Numbered from the stretch's first letter, positions 19,136 to 29,219 are shown. The stretch: 52,055 nt of DNA from Hormoscilla sp. (GCA_051439505.1 JBFRWI010000028.1:1-52055), one strand, 5' to 3'. Notes: generated from the letters alone by a model not told the origin. Numbers and translations are program-made.

Positions 19136-19303
19136 GGCGTTGCACAACGACACCGATGATGAGGTCTGCTAATTGCTAATTGTCAATGGCTAATTGAAAT
19201 GTCATATGTAGTCACAAATATATATTTACTCTTTTCAATTAGCAATTAGCCATTAGCAAATATTAACAATTGGCTGCTATCATCGGTAAAAATGTGCAAC
19301 GCG
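19136..19303. mobile_element. MITE, GGCGTTGCACA family, copy 1 (168 bp)
   Basis: TIRs GGCGTTGCACA / TGTGCAACGCG; 8-bp TSD GAATAGTT (19128-19135, 19304-19311); homologous to 51356-51531 in inverted orientation. Confidence 0.92.
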
Positions 19304-19332
19304 GAATAGTTGATTTATAATTTGGGAAGATT

Positions 19333-21308
19333 ATGAAACAGAATCAAGCACTAGCATCAGGGACTGAGGAAACTCCTAGACCCCGATCGCCAATCTCACG
19401 ACTGCTGCAAGCAGCCTACTGGCGACTGTCATTGCGGGGGAAAATCAGCGTTCCGTTTGTTTCCGTGTTCTTGGGCATGTGGATGCTGGGGATGCTTTCA
19501 ATTGGCTATTATTTTTCCGCAGATATCGAACAAAGGCAGCGCCAGGAGGCAGAAGCGATCGCCTCACTGGTTTTGCAGGAATTTGAGCAGAAAAGAAAAA
19601 ACTTGCGCTTAGATGCGAAGTTGTTAACAGAGACGGAAGGACTTCGCCCAGCCGTAGCAGATCGTAACATCAATATGCTGCGGCAGAAATTGTTACCTTT
19701 GAAAACAACCTTGTCATTCGATCTGGTTAGGGTTGTAGACAGCAAGGGCCATGTACTGATAGATTTGCGGCGACAAGTGCTGTACCAGGCAAAACTGTAC
19801 GACGAGATCCTAGTTTCCCAGGCTCTCAGTGCTGTAGATTTGTCCAGCATCGTGACAGTGGAAAAGCCTGCACCATCTATCCTAGTCGGGACTGCGCCGA
19901 TTAAATCCCGCACGGGAGTTATCGGCGCAGTTATTGTTGGCAATGCCGTTAGCGATCGGCTGTTAGAGCAGATCGCCCAAGGAACAGATAAATATATTGC
20001 CGCCTTTAATCAAGGAAAGATGATCGCCTCCACTTTACCCAATGGGACCGAGTGGCAAGCACCGCCACAGCAGGGCACCTCACGCATTAATATCGGCACG
20101 AACAGCTACATTACGAAAACTGTAATTCTGTCTGGACTGGATAATGCCGAACTAAAGTTGGTGTTGCTGAGTCCCCTGGCCCCCCTGATGAAGGCCAAGC
20201 AAAATCTCTGGATTACTATTGGTTTGTTTTCTCTAATGGGAGTTACAGTGGCGACTGCTGTTGGCTTCTGGGTCGCTGGGGCGATCGCCCGTCCCATTAC
20301 TCAGGTGACCGAGGCCACTGAAAGGTTAGCCAGTGGTATTCTGACAACCAGGTTGCCCGTGATTTCTAGTGACGAACTAGGTAAACTGGCCCAGGGATTC
20401 AATTATATGGTAGAGCAATTGGCTCAACGCGATCGCCTTCTCCACCTTCAGATGGAACAACTAGAGGAAACCCTGCAAAAACTTTCCTCAACTCAAGCCC
20501 AGTTGGTGCAGAGTGAAAAATGTCCAGCCTAGGGCAAATGGTAGCGGGAATTGCCCATGAAATAAATAATCCCATTGGTTTTATTTATAGTAATATAAAT
20601 CACGCCCATAACTATATCCAAGATATATATGAGTTACTCGCCTTATACCAGCAGCATTATCCAGAACCAGAGCCAGAAATCGCCGAATTAATTGATGACA
20701 TCGACCTTGAATTTTTGCTAGATGACTTTCAGAAAATATTCTCTTCTCTGAAAGGGGGTTCGGAACGCATTCGTGCTATTGTCTTGTCATTGCGTTCTTT
20801 CTCACGACTGGATGAGTCCGAAAGCAAGCAAGTAGATCTGCACGAGGGAATTGATAGCACCCTGATGATTTTGCAGCACCAACTGGATGCTAGTGACCCC
20901 CAAATTGAGGTAATCAAAGAGTATGGGAATCTGCCACTGGTAGAATGCTATGCAGGACAGGTAAACCAGGTGTTTATGAATATTCTCAATAATGCGATCG
21001 ATGCTTTAGCAACGGGACTTAGGGACCAAGAAGCACCGAAAATTTGGATTAGAACTGCCCCTGATACCAATTGCGTCAGCATTAAGATAGCTGATAATGG
21101 TCCGGGAATGACTGAAGAGGTTGTCGGGAAGGTATTCGACCCGTTTTTTACTACCAAACCCGTTGGCAAAGGAGCTGGTTTGGGATTAACGACTAGCTAT
21201 CAAATAGTAGTGGAAAAGCATGGCGGCCTCCTCCGCTGTTCCTCCCAATTGCATAGAGGCACTGAGTTCGCGATCGAATTACCAATTAGCCTCAAAAAAA
21301 CGGGATAA
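19333..21308 (+). pseudogene. Sensor histidine kinase (Cache-like, HAMP, HisKA, HATPase) split by a 1-nt frameshift
   Basis: ORF 19333-20532 ends LVQSEK and ORF 20520-21308 starts MSSLGQMVAGIAHEINNP. One A is missing from GAA AAA ATG at 20516-20520. Confidence 0.85.
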
Positions 21309-21397
21309 TCTCCTGTATGATTAAGAAACCCGGTTTCGCAGGAGTTACCGGGTTTCTGGGCTACTCGTAAATAGGCCCGCAGCAAAAGTGAATTCAC

Positions 21398-22396
21398 TTA
21401 CTTACCGCTACCCATCAGATAAAGCAAAGCCATTCTGACCGCAACACCGTTAGTAACCTGTTGAGAAATCAGGCTAAACTGGGGGTCATCCATCAGATCG
21501 GAGCTAATTTCTACCCCCCGGTTGACAGGACCTGGGTGCAAAACTTTCACATCAGGTTTGCAAAGTTTCAGCCGATCGCGGGTAATGCCAAACAACTGAT
21601 GATATTCTCGCCCGCTGGGAAGCAAATGCTGAGTCATGCGTTCCTTTTGCAAGCGCAAAGTCATGACAAAATCAGCATCTTGTAACGCTGGTTCAAGCTG
21701 CCAATGTAAATATAACTGTCTATTTTGTTCCCGATCGTCGGATATGGCAGTATATTCAGCAAAGAGTTTCGGTGCTAGCGTCGGCGGCGCCGCCAGATGG
21801 ACTTGGGCTCCAGTTGCTGTTAGACTCCAGATATTCGATCGGGCAACCCGGGAATGAACAATATCCCCCACGATCGCGATCTTTTTGTCTGCCAGCAATG
21901 AGATGCGCGGATGCTTGGCATCTAACAGAGAAGTAATAGTAAATAGATCCAGCAATGCCTGAGAAGGATGTTCGTGCTGGCCATCACCCGCATTCAGCAC
22001 CCGCACCTTTGCCCCCAGACGATCCATTGATGAGGCGATCGCACTCGGTACTCCTGCCTGTTTATGGCGAATCACCATCATATCAGTTCCCATCGCCAAG
22101 TAAGTCTTTGCCGTATCCAAAATCGTCTCCCCCTTAGAAAGAGAAGAAGTTCCCGGGGCAAAACTCAGGGTATCAGCAGAAAGGCGCTTTGCCGCCAGTT
22201 CAAAACTATTGCGAGTGCGGGTAGAAGGTTCAAAAAACAGATTTGCCACCACCTGTCCCTGCAAAGCTGGCACCTTCTTCGTCCGTGTAGAGAGGACCTC
22301 CACAAAGCTAGCCGCTGTCTGCAAAACAGTATCGTATTCATCTGGGGTCAAATCAGCCAGAGAAAGAATATGTCGCCGATTCCAAGTATTCGTCAT
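21398..22396 (-). CDS. pyrB: Aspartate carbamoyltransferase catalytic subunit
   Basis: [26 protein letters not shown] and HPGP motifs. Confidence 0.98.
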   Translation of the reverse strand: MTNTWNRRHILSLADLTPDEYDTVLQTAASFVEVLSTRTKKVPALQGQVVANLFFEPSTRTRNSFELAAKRLSADTLSFAPGTSSLSKGETILDTAKTYLAMGTDMMVIRHKQAGVPSAIASSMDRLGAKVRVLNAGDGQHEHPSQALLDLFTITSLLDAKHPRISLLADKKIAIVGDIVHSRVARSNIWSLTATGAQVHLAAPPTLAPKLFAEYTAISDDREQNRQLYLHWQLEPALQDADFVMTLRLQKERMTQHLLPSGREYHQLFGITRDRLKLCKPDVKVLHPGPVNRGVEISSDLMDDPQFSLISQQVTNGVAVRMALLYLMGSGK

Positions 22397-22509
22397 GGGT
22401 TAATAGTTAGCTGTTGGTGGATAAATGACAACTGACAACCGAGCCAAAATTAAGCTGATTATATCCTAGTGACATTGAATCAGATGAATAGCAACATCGA
22501 TCTATTTTT

Positions 22510-23052
22510 GTGATGAACATCAAGAATATTTTAGCTTTCCTGCTGTTGGTGGGCACGATCATCGTCAGCCATGGCCGTTTTCGACCTGACGACAGTAACA
22601 CCCCGGCGATCGCCAACAGCTTGAGTACCAACAGAGTAGCTGACCAAGTCACCACAACTAGCAGCCGATCGCCCATTGCCTCCACCGATACTGCTAATAA
22701 TACTGTCACGGTGACTATTTACAAAGCAGACAGCCAGTGCGAAACCTTGATTCCCGAAAACCTAGTCTTTCCCCAGCATCGCTTACTTGTGAGGGTTGTA
22801 GGAAAAGTCATAGAACAAGCAACCTCCGCTGACTTTGACATCGCTGGTTATCGGGTGAACCTCGATCGACAGCGTCAAGTCGCCACAGTCGATCTGCGAC
22901 TAAATCCTAACACGAGGCGGAAGTTGGTCTCTCTTTCTTTTTGCGAACAGTTTGCCTTGTTTGGCAGTCTCCGCCAAACCCTGACTGATAACCAAAATTG
23001 GCAGATCAAAGAAGTTCGCTTTACCCAGCTTGGTCAAGAAATTATCTTCTAA
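22510..23052 (+). CDS. Exported GerMN-like ('sporulation/spore germination') protein
   Basis: N-terminal signal/TM segment; C-terminal ATVDLR...SLSFCEQFALFGSLRQTLTDN...IKEVRFT. Confidence 0.7.
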   Translation: MMNIKNILAFLLLVGTIIVSHGRFRPDDSNTPAIANSLSTNRVADQVTTTSSRSPIASTDTANNTVTVTIYKADSQCETLIPENLVFPQHRLLVRVVGKVIEQATSADFDIAGYRVNLDRQRQVATVDLRLNPNTRRKLVSLSFCEQFALFGSLRQTLTDNQNWQIKEVRFTQLGQEIIF

Positions 23053-23073
23053 GGGAGCAGGGAGCAGGGAGCA
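23053..23073. repeat. Heptamer tandem repeat (AGGGAGC)x3
   Basis: Read directly; the same heptamer is at ~40074-40100. Confidence 0.8.
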
Positions 23074-23077
23074 CCAG

Positions 23078-23578
23078 AGCCAATATATAAATCTCCCATG
23101 AGAGGGAAAAAAAATTATTAAACCCTTGACAAGTTCCACTCCCGTTAGCTATACTTTATTCAGAAATAAAGGTTCATGGGGGCTTGGAAAATCAACAACA
23201 CAAGCCCAAGCGAAACCAGAGATGCCCGGCCCGGACTGCGCTCATAGCGCCCCACTTGGGTCAAGCAACGGTTCACCAGGCGCTGAAGAGCGTAACTCCG
23301 GGTCAGGTAAATCTCTTTATCGCTCACGCAAGACTCCACAAGGAGAGCGCAGTGGCAGGGTTCTCCTGCGCATTTTTAATTTTGCGGTCCCTGAGCGTTA
23401 GTCGAAGGGAAGTGTTGAAGGAGAGAGCCCGCACCCAACAAATGCATGACCACACCCCTGAGCCATTAGCCATTAGCCCGCGCAGGCTTTCGCGTTGGTT
23501 CATGTAGCCGGGGGCCATGCAAGGGTTCCGGCGACCAGGTCTCCTACCAACGGGCGCCAGACCACATCCAGCCGTTAC
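23078..23578 (-). ncRNA. ssrS: 6S RNA, interrupted by a ~326-bp insertion
   Basis: 5' arm 23578-23497 and 3' arm 23178-23078 pair into a long rod with a central bubble (GAACCCTTG/CAAGGGTTT; GGCTGGATGTGG/TTATATATTGGCT). The G-U pairs work only on the minus strand. Length is ~175 nt once the insert is removed. Confidence 0.8.
23179..23496. mobile_element. Composite non-coding insertion inside ssrS
   Basis: Flanked by direct repeat GGTTCATG (23171-23178, 23497-23504). Contains a MITE terminus CAACAAATGCATGACCACACCC (23436-23457), a CCCTGAGCGTTAGTCGAAGGG repeat and (AGCCATT)2 heptamers. Confidence 0.75.
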
Positions 23579-23689
23579 TGTATATAATATTTATCTAAAC
23601 TATTCAATATTAGGAGAACAAATAGGTTATGGAAGTCAAGCTGATTTTAGTGGTGTTAACCGTGGCCTTTACGGTGTCATGCTTGTTCT

Positions 23690-25396
23690 TTGGCACCAAG
23701 AACGGCTTCTATGATTCGGATAACTATCACGGTAACGGTTCTGCCCACTAAAGGATCTCCTCTTGTGCCTCAAGGAAACGAGCTGGAATGTTTAGCCTAT
23801 GGAGTCGAGCAGGCAGATGAAGGAGTCTGCTTGTTAATGTGCATGGGTGGCTACCGCCTGCTGCTGGACTGCGGTTTGAGAGATATCTCACCCCTGCAGG
23901 CGGTTACTGAGTGGGAGTTACCGGCTGACTTGGTGCTCTGTACTCACGCCCATTCAGACCATGCTAGAGGTTTGCTGTCACTACATCAAGCTTTTCGGCA
24001 ACTACCCATCTATGCCTCGGAAGCCACAACTCAACTGTTACCCCTGAATTGGCCAGAGTACAGGGCAGATCTCATCCCCTTATTTTGTCAGGCTTTGCCC
24101 TGGCAGACGCCAGTAGAGTTACTTCCGGGGTTAACTGCTCAATTGTTTCCAGCGGGACATCTGCCCGGGGCCGCTGCTTTCCTGCTGACTTACAGAACTC
24201 AACAGCGTACTTATAGTGTTTTTTATACTGGGGATTTTTTCTTATCTAACTCCCGCCTAGTAGACGGCCTGCGCTTGGAAGACGTGCGGGGGTTGAAACC
24301 GGATGTGCTGATTATCAACGGGAGTTATGGCACGGCCCGCCATCCCCGTCGGCGCACCCAAGAAAATCAATTGCTCCAACGGATTGGTAATGCGATCGCC
24401 AATGGCTGTTCCGTGTTGCTGCCAGTACCAACCCTGGGATTGGGTCAAGAACTGCTGGTGCTGCTGCGGAGTCATCACCAGTTTACTGGACGGGACCTGG
24501 ATATCTGGGTAGATGAGGGGGTCGCGGCTGGTTGCGATGCCTATTTGGAACTGCTACCCCACTTGCCCGCTGCCGTACAGAATTTTGCCCAGCATCAACC
24601 TTTGTTTTGGGATGAACGGGTGCGGCCTCGGGTGCGCCGGTTGTCTGGCCAACAATCTGTAACTTCATCGTCTCCCTATATCCTCCTGGTCGATGGCAAT
24701 GCCGATGTGACTGAGTGGCCTCATCCCCAAGCAGGACTTGTCCTACTACCTGAAGATGTTAATGGCTCCCAGAGTTTTCCATCAGATTTAGCTATGAGAG
24801 TCGAAACCTATTTGCTGTCTCAGCATTCCGATGGACCTGGCACTACCCAGCTGATTCATAATCTCCGTCCCCAGCACGTGGTTTTTATCCACGGTTCTCC
24901 ATCCTATCTTGCTGACCTCACCGGTTTGGAGGAACTCTACAATCGCTACCATTTGCACTCTCCCGCCCCTGGCACTCTGGTAGAACTGCCGATCGGCGAG
25001 ACTTTTCTCCAACCGGCACCACCAGAAACTACTTATGAAGGGGAGTTGCTTGAGTTTGAAACTACTCTCACCATTACCTTGCCAGAGGCGATCGCGCGAG
25101 ATCGGCGCTGGCAAAATTTTGCCGATACCGGTTTAGTCTCTGCTCGCTGGCAGGGAGACGAACTGGTCTTGCGGGGGGTACATCAACGGGAGTTACTCTC
25201 TAGTGGCACTGATTCTCGGGTCAGTCTAGATCTTGATTGCTGCGGCAATTGTCGCTACTACCGGGGACATAAATGTCGCAATCGCGCCAGTCCTTTGTAT
25301 GAATTTAAGGTCACGCCAGATGGTTTTTGTCCCGTTTTTGAAAGGATGCCCGTCTCCGAACAGTCGGATACGAAGTCAACTGATGACCTTTTTTGA
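23690..25396 (+). CDS. MBL-fold (beta-CASP) metallo-hydrolase/nuclease with a C-terminal Cys-rich motif
   Basis: LLDCG, THAHSDH, AGHLPGAA, YTGDF, SQHSD and FIHG motifs. The true start is probably downstream of the called TTG. Confidence 0.88.
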   Translation: MAPRTASMIRITITVTVLPTKGSPLVPQGNELECLAYGVEQADEGVCLLMCMGGYRLLLDCGLRDISPLQAVTEWELPADLVLCTHAHSDHARGLLSLHQAFRQLPIYASEATTQLLPLNWPEYRADLIPLFCQALPWQTPVELLPGLTAQLFPAGHLPGAAAFLLTYRTQQRTYSVFYTGDFFLSNSRLVDGLRLEDVRGLKPDVLIINGSYGTARHPRRRTQENQLLQRIGNAIANGCSVLLPVPTLGLGQELLVLLRSHHQFTGRDLDIWVDEGVAAGCDAYLELLPHLPAAVQNFAQHQPLFWDERVRPRVRRLSGQQSVTSSSPYILLVDGNADVTEWPHPQAGLVLLPEDVNGSQSFPSDLAMRVETYLLSQHSDGPGTTQLIHNLRPQHVVFIHGSPSYLADLTGLEELYNRYHLHSPAPGTLVELPIGETFLQPAPPETTYEGELLEFETTLTITLPEAIARDRRWQNFADTGLVSARWQGDELVLRGVHQRELLSSGTDSRVSLDLDCCGNCRYYRGHKCRNRASPLYEFKVTPDGFCPVFERMPVSEQSDTKSTDDLF

Positions 25397-25401
25397 GCCG
25401 C

Positions 25402-25710
25402 TTATTCTAAATCAGCTCCTGGATGCCGGCGTAGCCGTTCTGCTTCTGGGCATTCTTCGGAAATCATGATTTCTATGTTTCCTTTGGGGACCGTCGATAG
25501 TTTCTGGGTGACTGCACCTATACTCTCTAACCGCACCATTTCTTCCCAGGAACATATTTCATCTTCTTCTTCGCTTTCATAACGAATCGTTACCAAATCT
25601 CCTTCTATATCCAGGATCGTCGCGCGTTCTATCCAGCGTTGCTGGTCCCGCAAGAAAATCCAGACTTCACGATTTTCGCAACAGAGTTGATAAATCTTGC
25701 GGTGTAGCAT
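25402..25710 (-). CDS. Small conserved cyanobacterial protein (DUF6679-like)
   Basis: ATG at 25710 after a GGAG RBS; reads MLHRKIYQLCCENREVWIFLRDQQRWIE... Confidence 0.7.
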   Translation of the reverse strand: MLHRKIYQLCCENREVWIFLRDQQRWIERATILDIEGDLVTIRYESEEEDEICSWEEMVRLESIGAVTQKLSTVPKGNIEIMISEECPEAERLRRHPGADLE

Positions 25711-25858
25711 ATTTTGCTCCTGCTCCAAAAAACTTGTACATTCTCGATCATTCCCTGACTTTGACGAGTTACATCCGAGCAACTCTGTCCCGCTCAATGT
25801 TAATTATTTTAACAAATCCTTGACTAAATTGCTGTTTTAACATTATTATAGCAGAAAT

Positions 25859-26330
25859 TTGCCGTTGGCAAGGCATTGTCCGAAAGTAGTCTCGGAACTT
25901 AGCTGTGAGCCGGGCCCCAGACCGAGTACCATGATTCAGCTAGTAATAGATTATATCACATGTTTGGCCAGGGCAGGATTTACTAAGTTTTTCTCGATCG
26001 ATGGTCATGGGGGCAATATCGCTACCCTGAAGGCGGCCTTTGCGGAAATTTATATTCATCTGGTAAACTTAAACATAGCCAATGCCGATCGGGTACAATG
26101 TCGCCTGGCCAAATCTCTATCCCGAAGCGATTAAAACTGCTTCGGTGTCTGAAGAGGTTGGTAAGGGATATGGTTTTTATGGACCGGCTGATTTTCTTCG
26201 CCGCTACCCGGATGGCCGTATGGGGTCTAACCCGGCGTTGGCAACCCCGGAACATGGCAAGCAGTTTTATGAGTGGCGGTGAAGGAACTTAGCAATAGCT
26301 ATCTGGAATTTTTGGCCGAGTATGGGCGAT
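25859..26330 (+). pseudogene. Degraded creatininase-family gene
   Basis: Fragments in different frames: RPSTMI...DGHGGN, FLRRYPDGRMGSNPALATPEHG and AVKELSNSYLEFL. The N-terminus is missing and a MITE abuts the 3' end. Confidence 0.82.
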
Positions 26331-26341
26331 CGGCCCTCCGC

Positions 26342-26551
26342 CCATACCTCGTAGGTTTTGGATATAGATTGTCATTGCGAGGGGGGGGGACAACCGCGAT
26401 CAACTTACGGGAAATATCCTTAACCCCCCCGAAGCAATCTCATGGGTCGGAGGGGAGATTGCTTCGGGGGGATCTTGGGCAGGGATCTCCACAATATCGG
26501 ATGGTGTTCCCCCCTCGCAATGACAAATAAGATGTTAACCGAGAAGTATTG
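26342..26551. mobile_element. MITE, CAATAC...GTATTG family, copy 1 (210 bp), carrying two variable-loop half-units
   Basis: Ends CCATACCTCGTAGGTTTTG / TTAACCGAGAAGTATTG are shared with 40054-40199; flanks GGCCCTCCGC / GCCCCTCCGC (9/10 match). Confidence 0.85.
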
Positions 26552-26648
26552 GCCCCTCCGCAAGCTCTTGCGCCTACACCTGTACTAAGGAACTCAGATA
26601 ATTCCAGCCTGAATAGCTCACTGGACAGCTAGCACAGGCCCCTCGTAT

Positions 26649-27272
26649 TTAGTAACAACCCGTGTCTTGACTCGTGCGCAATCCTCCAATATAGGTGGAA
26701 ACAAACACGCAACGTCTAGCTGTCCCACCATTTTTACTTTTTACCGTTATTCGTCCAAAAGGAGGTCTATACACATTACCATAACGATCGAACCGCATTC
26801 GCCACAAATCGTCCCCGGGCTCACTATATATATCTTGTCCAGGTAAGGTTGTCTCTTCCCTATCTATTTCTACATTTTCATCCAAGCTGTTCCAAATCAC
26901 TGCATAGCGGTTAGGATCAGATGGACCCGGGTCAGGATCGACAAGGGGTATATTGAAATCATCGTCGTTGTCTGTAGCACGATGTACCGCCCACTGTGCC
27001 AGTGATTTGCCATCTATCTCTACCTGTCGAAAGCTAGCTTGCCAAGTCAAATTATTCTGCTTTCCTTGGCTTTGAGCCTCCCGCATAGCCCGGTAATTTG
27101 CGTCGTTGGCAATGCTGAGGCGTTGACTGTTGACGAAACCCAGCCAGGTGAGTCCCCCGATCGCACTTAATATCGCGATCGTTGCCACCACGACTAATAC
27201 TTCTATCAGCGTAAACCCCGCAGTGGTTTGCCGTAATTTTTTACTGGATCTATGCAGTTTTTTCATCTGCAC
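26649..27272 (-). CDS. Type IV minor pilin / pseudopilin (HpsH/GspH-like)
   Basis: Prepilin site G|FTLIE, hydrophobic helix, C-terminal Cys pair. Confidence 0.85.
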   Translation of the reverse strand: MQMKKLHRSSKKLRQTTAGFTLIEVLVVVATIAILSAIGGLTWLGFVNSQRLSIANDANYRAMREAQSQGKQNNLTWQASFRQVEIDGKSLAQWAVHRATDNDDDFNIPLVDPDPGPSDPNRYAVIWNSLDENVEIDREETTLPGQDIYSEPGDDLWRMRFDRYGNVYRPPFGRITVKSKNGGTARRCVFVSTYIGGLRTSQDTGCY

Positions 27273-27439
27273 CCTGAATTGCTAGCAAAATTTAGTCAGT
27301 CGTCCCTATCTTTTGCCCCCAAGTCTATAAATTCCTCGCTCCTTCTGACTCCGAGTTAGCTTCAGCATTACAATAACTCTACTTTATCTAATACCATTTC
27401 CGGGTTAGTAAAACACGAGATATTATATTTTTACCCTTG

Positions 27440-28138
27440 CTATGAACCCGGTCTACAGTCAGAACCTTGATCTGTTTGTACCGCACCCAATATAGTTTTG
27501 ATCACCACGCATCGGCTAGTTGATTCAACTCCCTCATCCGGATCGCTCGAACTGGGAACGCTTACCGCTACCCTGAAACCGGCTGAGCCTTCAGCCAAAT
27601 CTGCTTCTGTGGGTAAAGGTTCGATCGCCCCATATTGATCGAACCCTATTGTTATCTCCTCGCCATCTTCTTCATCTGGTTGTGGGTAAGCATCTCCAAT
27701 CGATGTGATTTGGTTTTCCTCTCCTAACACCATGTTAGTCCATAGCAATATTTGATTTGCTTGTATTTCCTGAGCTTCACCCAACTGTTTCCACGATAAA
27801 TCACTCACATCTTCTACATTCACATCCCCATCATGCAAGGCATATTCAGCCTCTCCTGCCAAATTTACTCTGAAGCTGATTCTGCGCCTCAGCCTTAGCT
27901 GTTTTGCTTCTGACTGAGCTTCTTTTATCGCTCTAAATATTTCGTCATTTACTGTACTCACTCGCTGCTGCTGCGTAAATAATAGCCAGCCGGGAAGTGC
28001 GATCGCACTCAATACAGCCACCATTGCTATCACCACCAGCAACTCTATGAGTGTAAACCCAGCCTCCGATGCTGCTGTTCTACCTTTGGTAAGATGCCCA
28101 TTTCTATCAATATCTCTACTACCCATACTCGACCTCAT
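27440..28138 (-). CDS. Type IV minor pilin / pseudopilin (HpsD-like)
   Basis: G|FTLIELLVV; fourth gene in the hpsA-led cluster. Confidence 0.85.
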   Translation of the reverse strand: MRSSMGSRDIDRNGHLTKGRTAASEAGFTLIELLVVIAMVAVLSAIALPGWLLFTQQQRVSTVNDEIFRAIKEAQSEAKQLRLRRRISFRVNLAGEAEYALHDGDVNVEDVSDLSWKQLGEAQEIQANQILLWTNMVLGEENQITSIGDAYPQPDEEDGEEITIGFDQYGAIEPLPTEADLAEGSAGFRVAVSVPSSSDPDEGVESTSRCVVIKTILGAVQTDQGSDCRPGS

Positions 28139-28172
28139 TGTTTATTTTCTCAACTATGCTGCTAAATTCTCG

Positions 28173-29219
28173 CTAATTAGCTCCTAACAAGCCACGTCCT
28201 TGCACTCTTATAGTTGTTGTCGGAAAAAATTGCGATCGCGAACTCTTATATTCAGCGTTTTCAATACTGTTGAACCTCGCTAAGGCGTTCCCCCGAATGT
28301 ATATTCTAGCTTGGGTTGAGTCCGAGTCAATACAAGCGTAAAAACTACCTGTTTTCAATACATCAGGAAACCCTCCCTCAGTATAGTTTGGCACTAGCTG
28401 CGCTGTCTCCGACATGCGATCGTCACAAAATTCATCGTATTGTTCGGTGGTCATCGCGCCGTGTGGCAGTGGTATTTCTGCTGTGTCCGTGCTTTGGTCG
28501 ATAAAATCAACTAACACATGAGCATTTTGAGTATAAGCGTCTGCTGCTTTTGTCCATCGGTTCATCTTCTCCTTCAGCGTACCTGTTCCACCGAGATTAA
28601 AAATCGCAAACCCAGGGTCTGGTTCAAAATCTGTTATATAAACACCATCACCGTCTGGATCCACTCCATCCTCTATTTGAAATCTGGATATCCGCGCTGT
28701 TCCAGACTCAGACCATGTAGAGCTACTATCTTTTATTAAATAGTAGCCCACGAGTGAGTAGACAAACGTATCGTCATCACCACCACTAACAGGGATTACG
28801 TTTTCCTTCAATTCTCGCTTCCAGAAGACTAGCACAGGTCTACAAGTACTAGCATCCCCGCAACCTGGCGCCAGACTGTCGGGTGGTATTTGGTCTCTAA
28901 TCCCAGAATCTCCTGTATCACTATGGACTGTTGTTAATGAATCGTTATCATATATATATACTGCTTGCCTTAAGTCCCGGGCTATATAGTCAATTGCTGC
29001 CTGAATTTCCAGCTCTGAGTTGGTCTTCGCTTGTTCCCGGCGCTCTGTGGTGAGGATATTTACCATAAACCCCAGCAGAGATGATATTATTATCGATGAA
29101 ATCACCAATGCTACTAAAAGTTCAATCAGGGTGAAGCCACTCTGCTTTCTGGTTAGCTTCGCAGTTTTCAGCTTTAAACTTATAATATATTCCAATATTT
29201 TATTCATCTTCATTTTCAC
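28173..29219 (-). CDS. hpsC: Hormogonium polysaccharide secretion pseudopilin HpsC-like
   Basis: G|FTLIELLVA, IDYIARDLRQAVYIYD, PVLVFWKR and YIRGNALAR; position in the cluster. Confidence 0.8.
   Translation of the reverse strand: MKMKMNKILEYIISLKLKTAKLTRKQSGFTLIELLVALVISSIIISSLLGFMVNILTTERREQAKTNSELEIQAAIDYIARDLRQAVYIYDNDSLTTVHSDTGDSGIRDQIPPDSLAPGCGDASTCRPVLVFWKRELKENVIPVSGGDDDTFVYSLVGYYLIKDSSSTWSESGTARISRFQIEDGVDPDGDGVYITDFEPDPGFAIFNLGGTGTLKEKMNRWTKAADAYTQNAHVLVDFIDQSTDTAEIPLPHGAMTTEQYDEFCDDRMSETAQLVPNYTEGGFPDVLKTGSFYACIDSDSTQARIYIRGNALARFNSIENAEYKSSRSQFFPTTTIRVQGRGLLGAN

Noticed and set aside
23179..23496. Group I or group II intron in ssrS
   Set aside because: No GUGYG start, domain V or group I core was recognisable. 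Direct-repeat flanks and a MITE terminus point to a DNA insertion.
23126..23714. Short ORFs 23126-23401, 23184-23507, 23324-23518 and 23517-23714
   Set aside because: They overlap the 6S RNA and its repeat insert and show no protein-family features.
26371..26524. Variable-loop repeats as a CRISPR array
   Set aside because: Units are inverted and dispersed rather than tandem direct repeats, and there is no leader or cas gene in the window.
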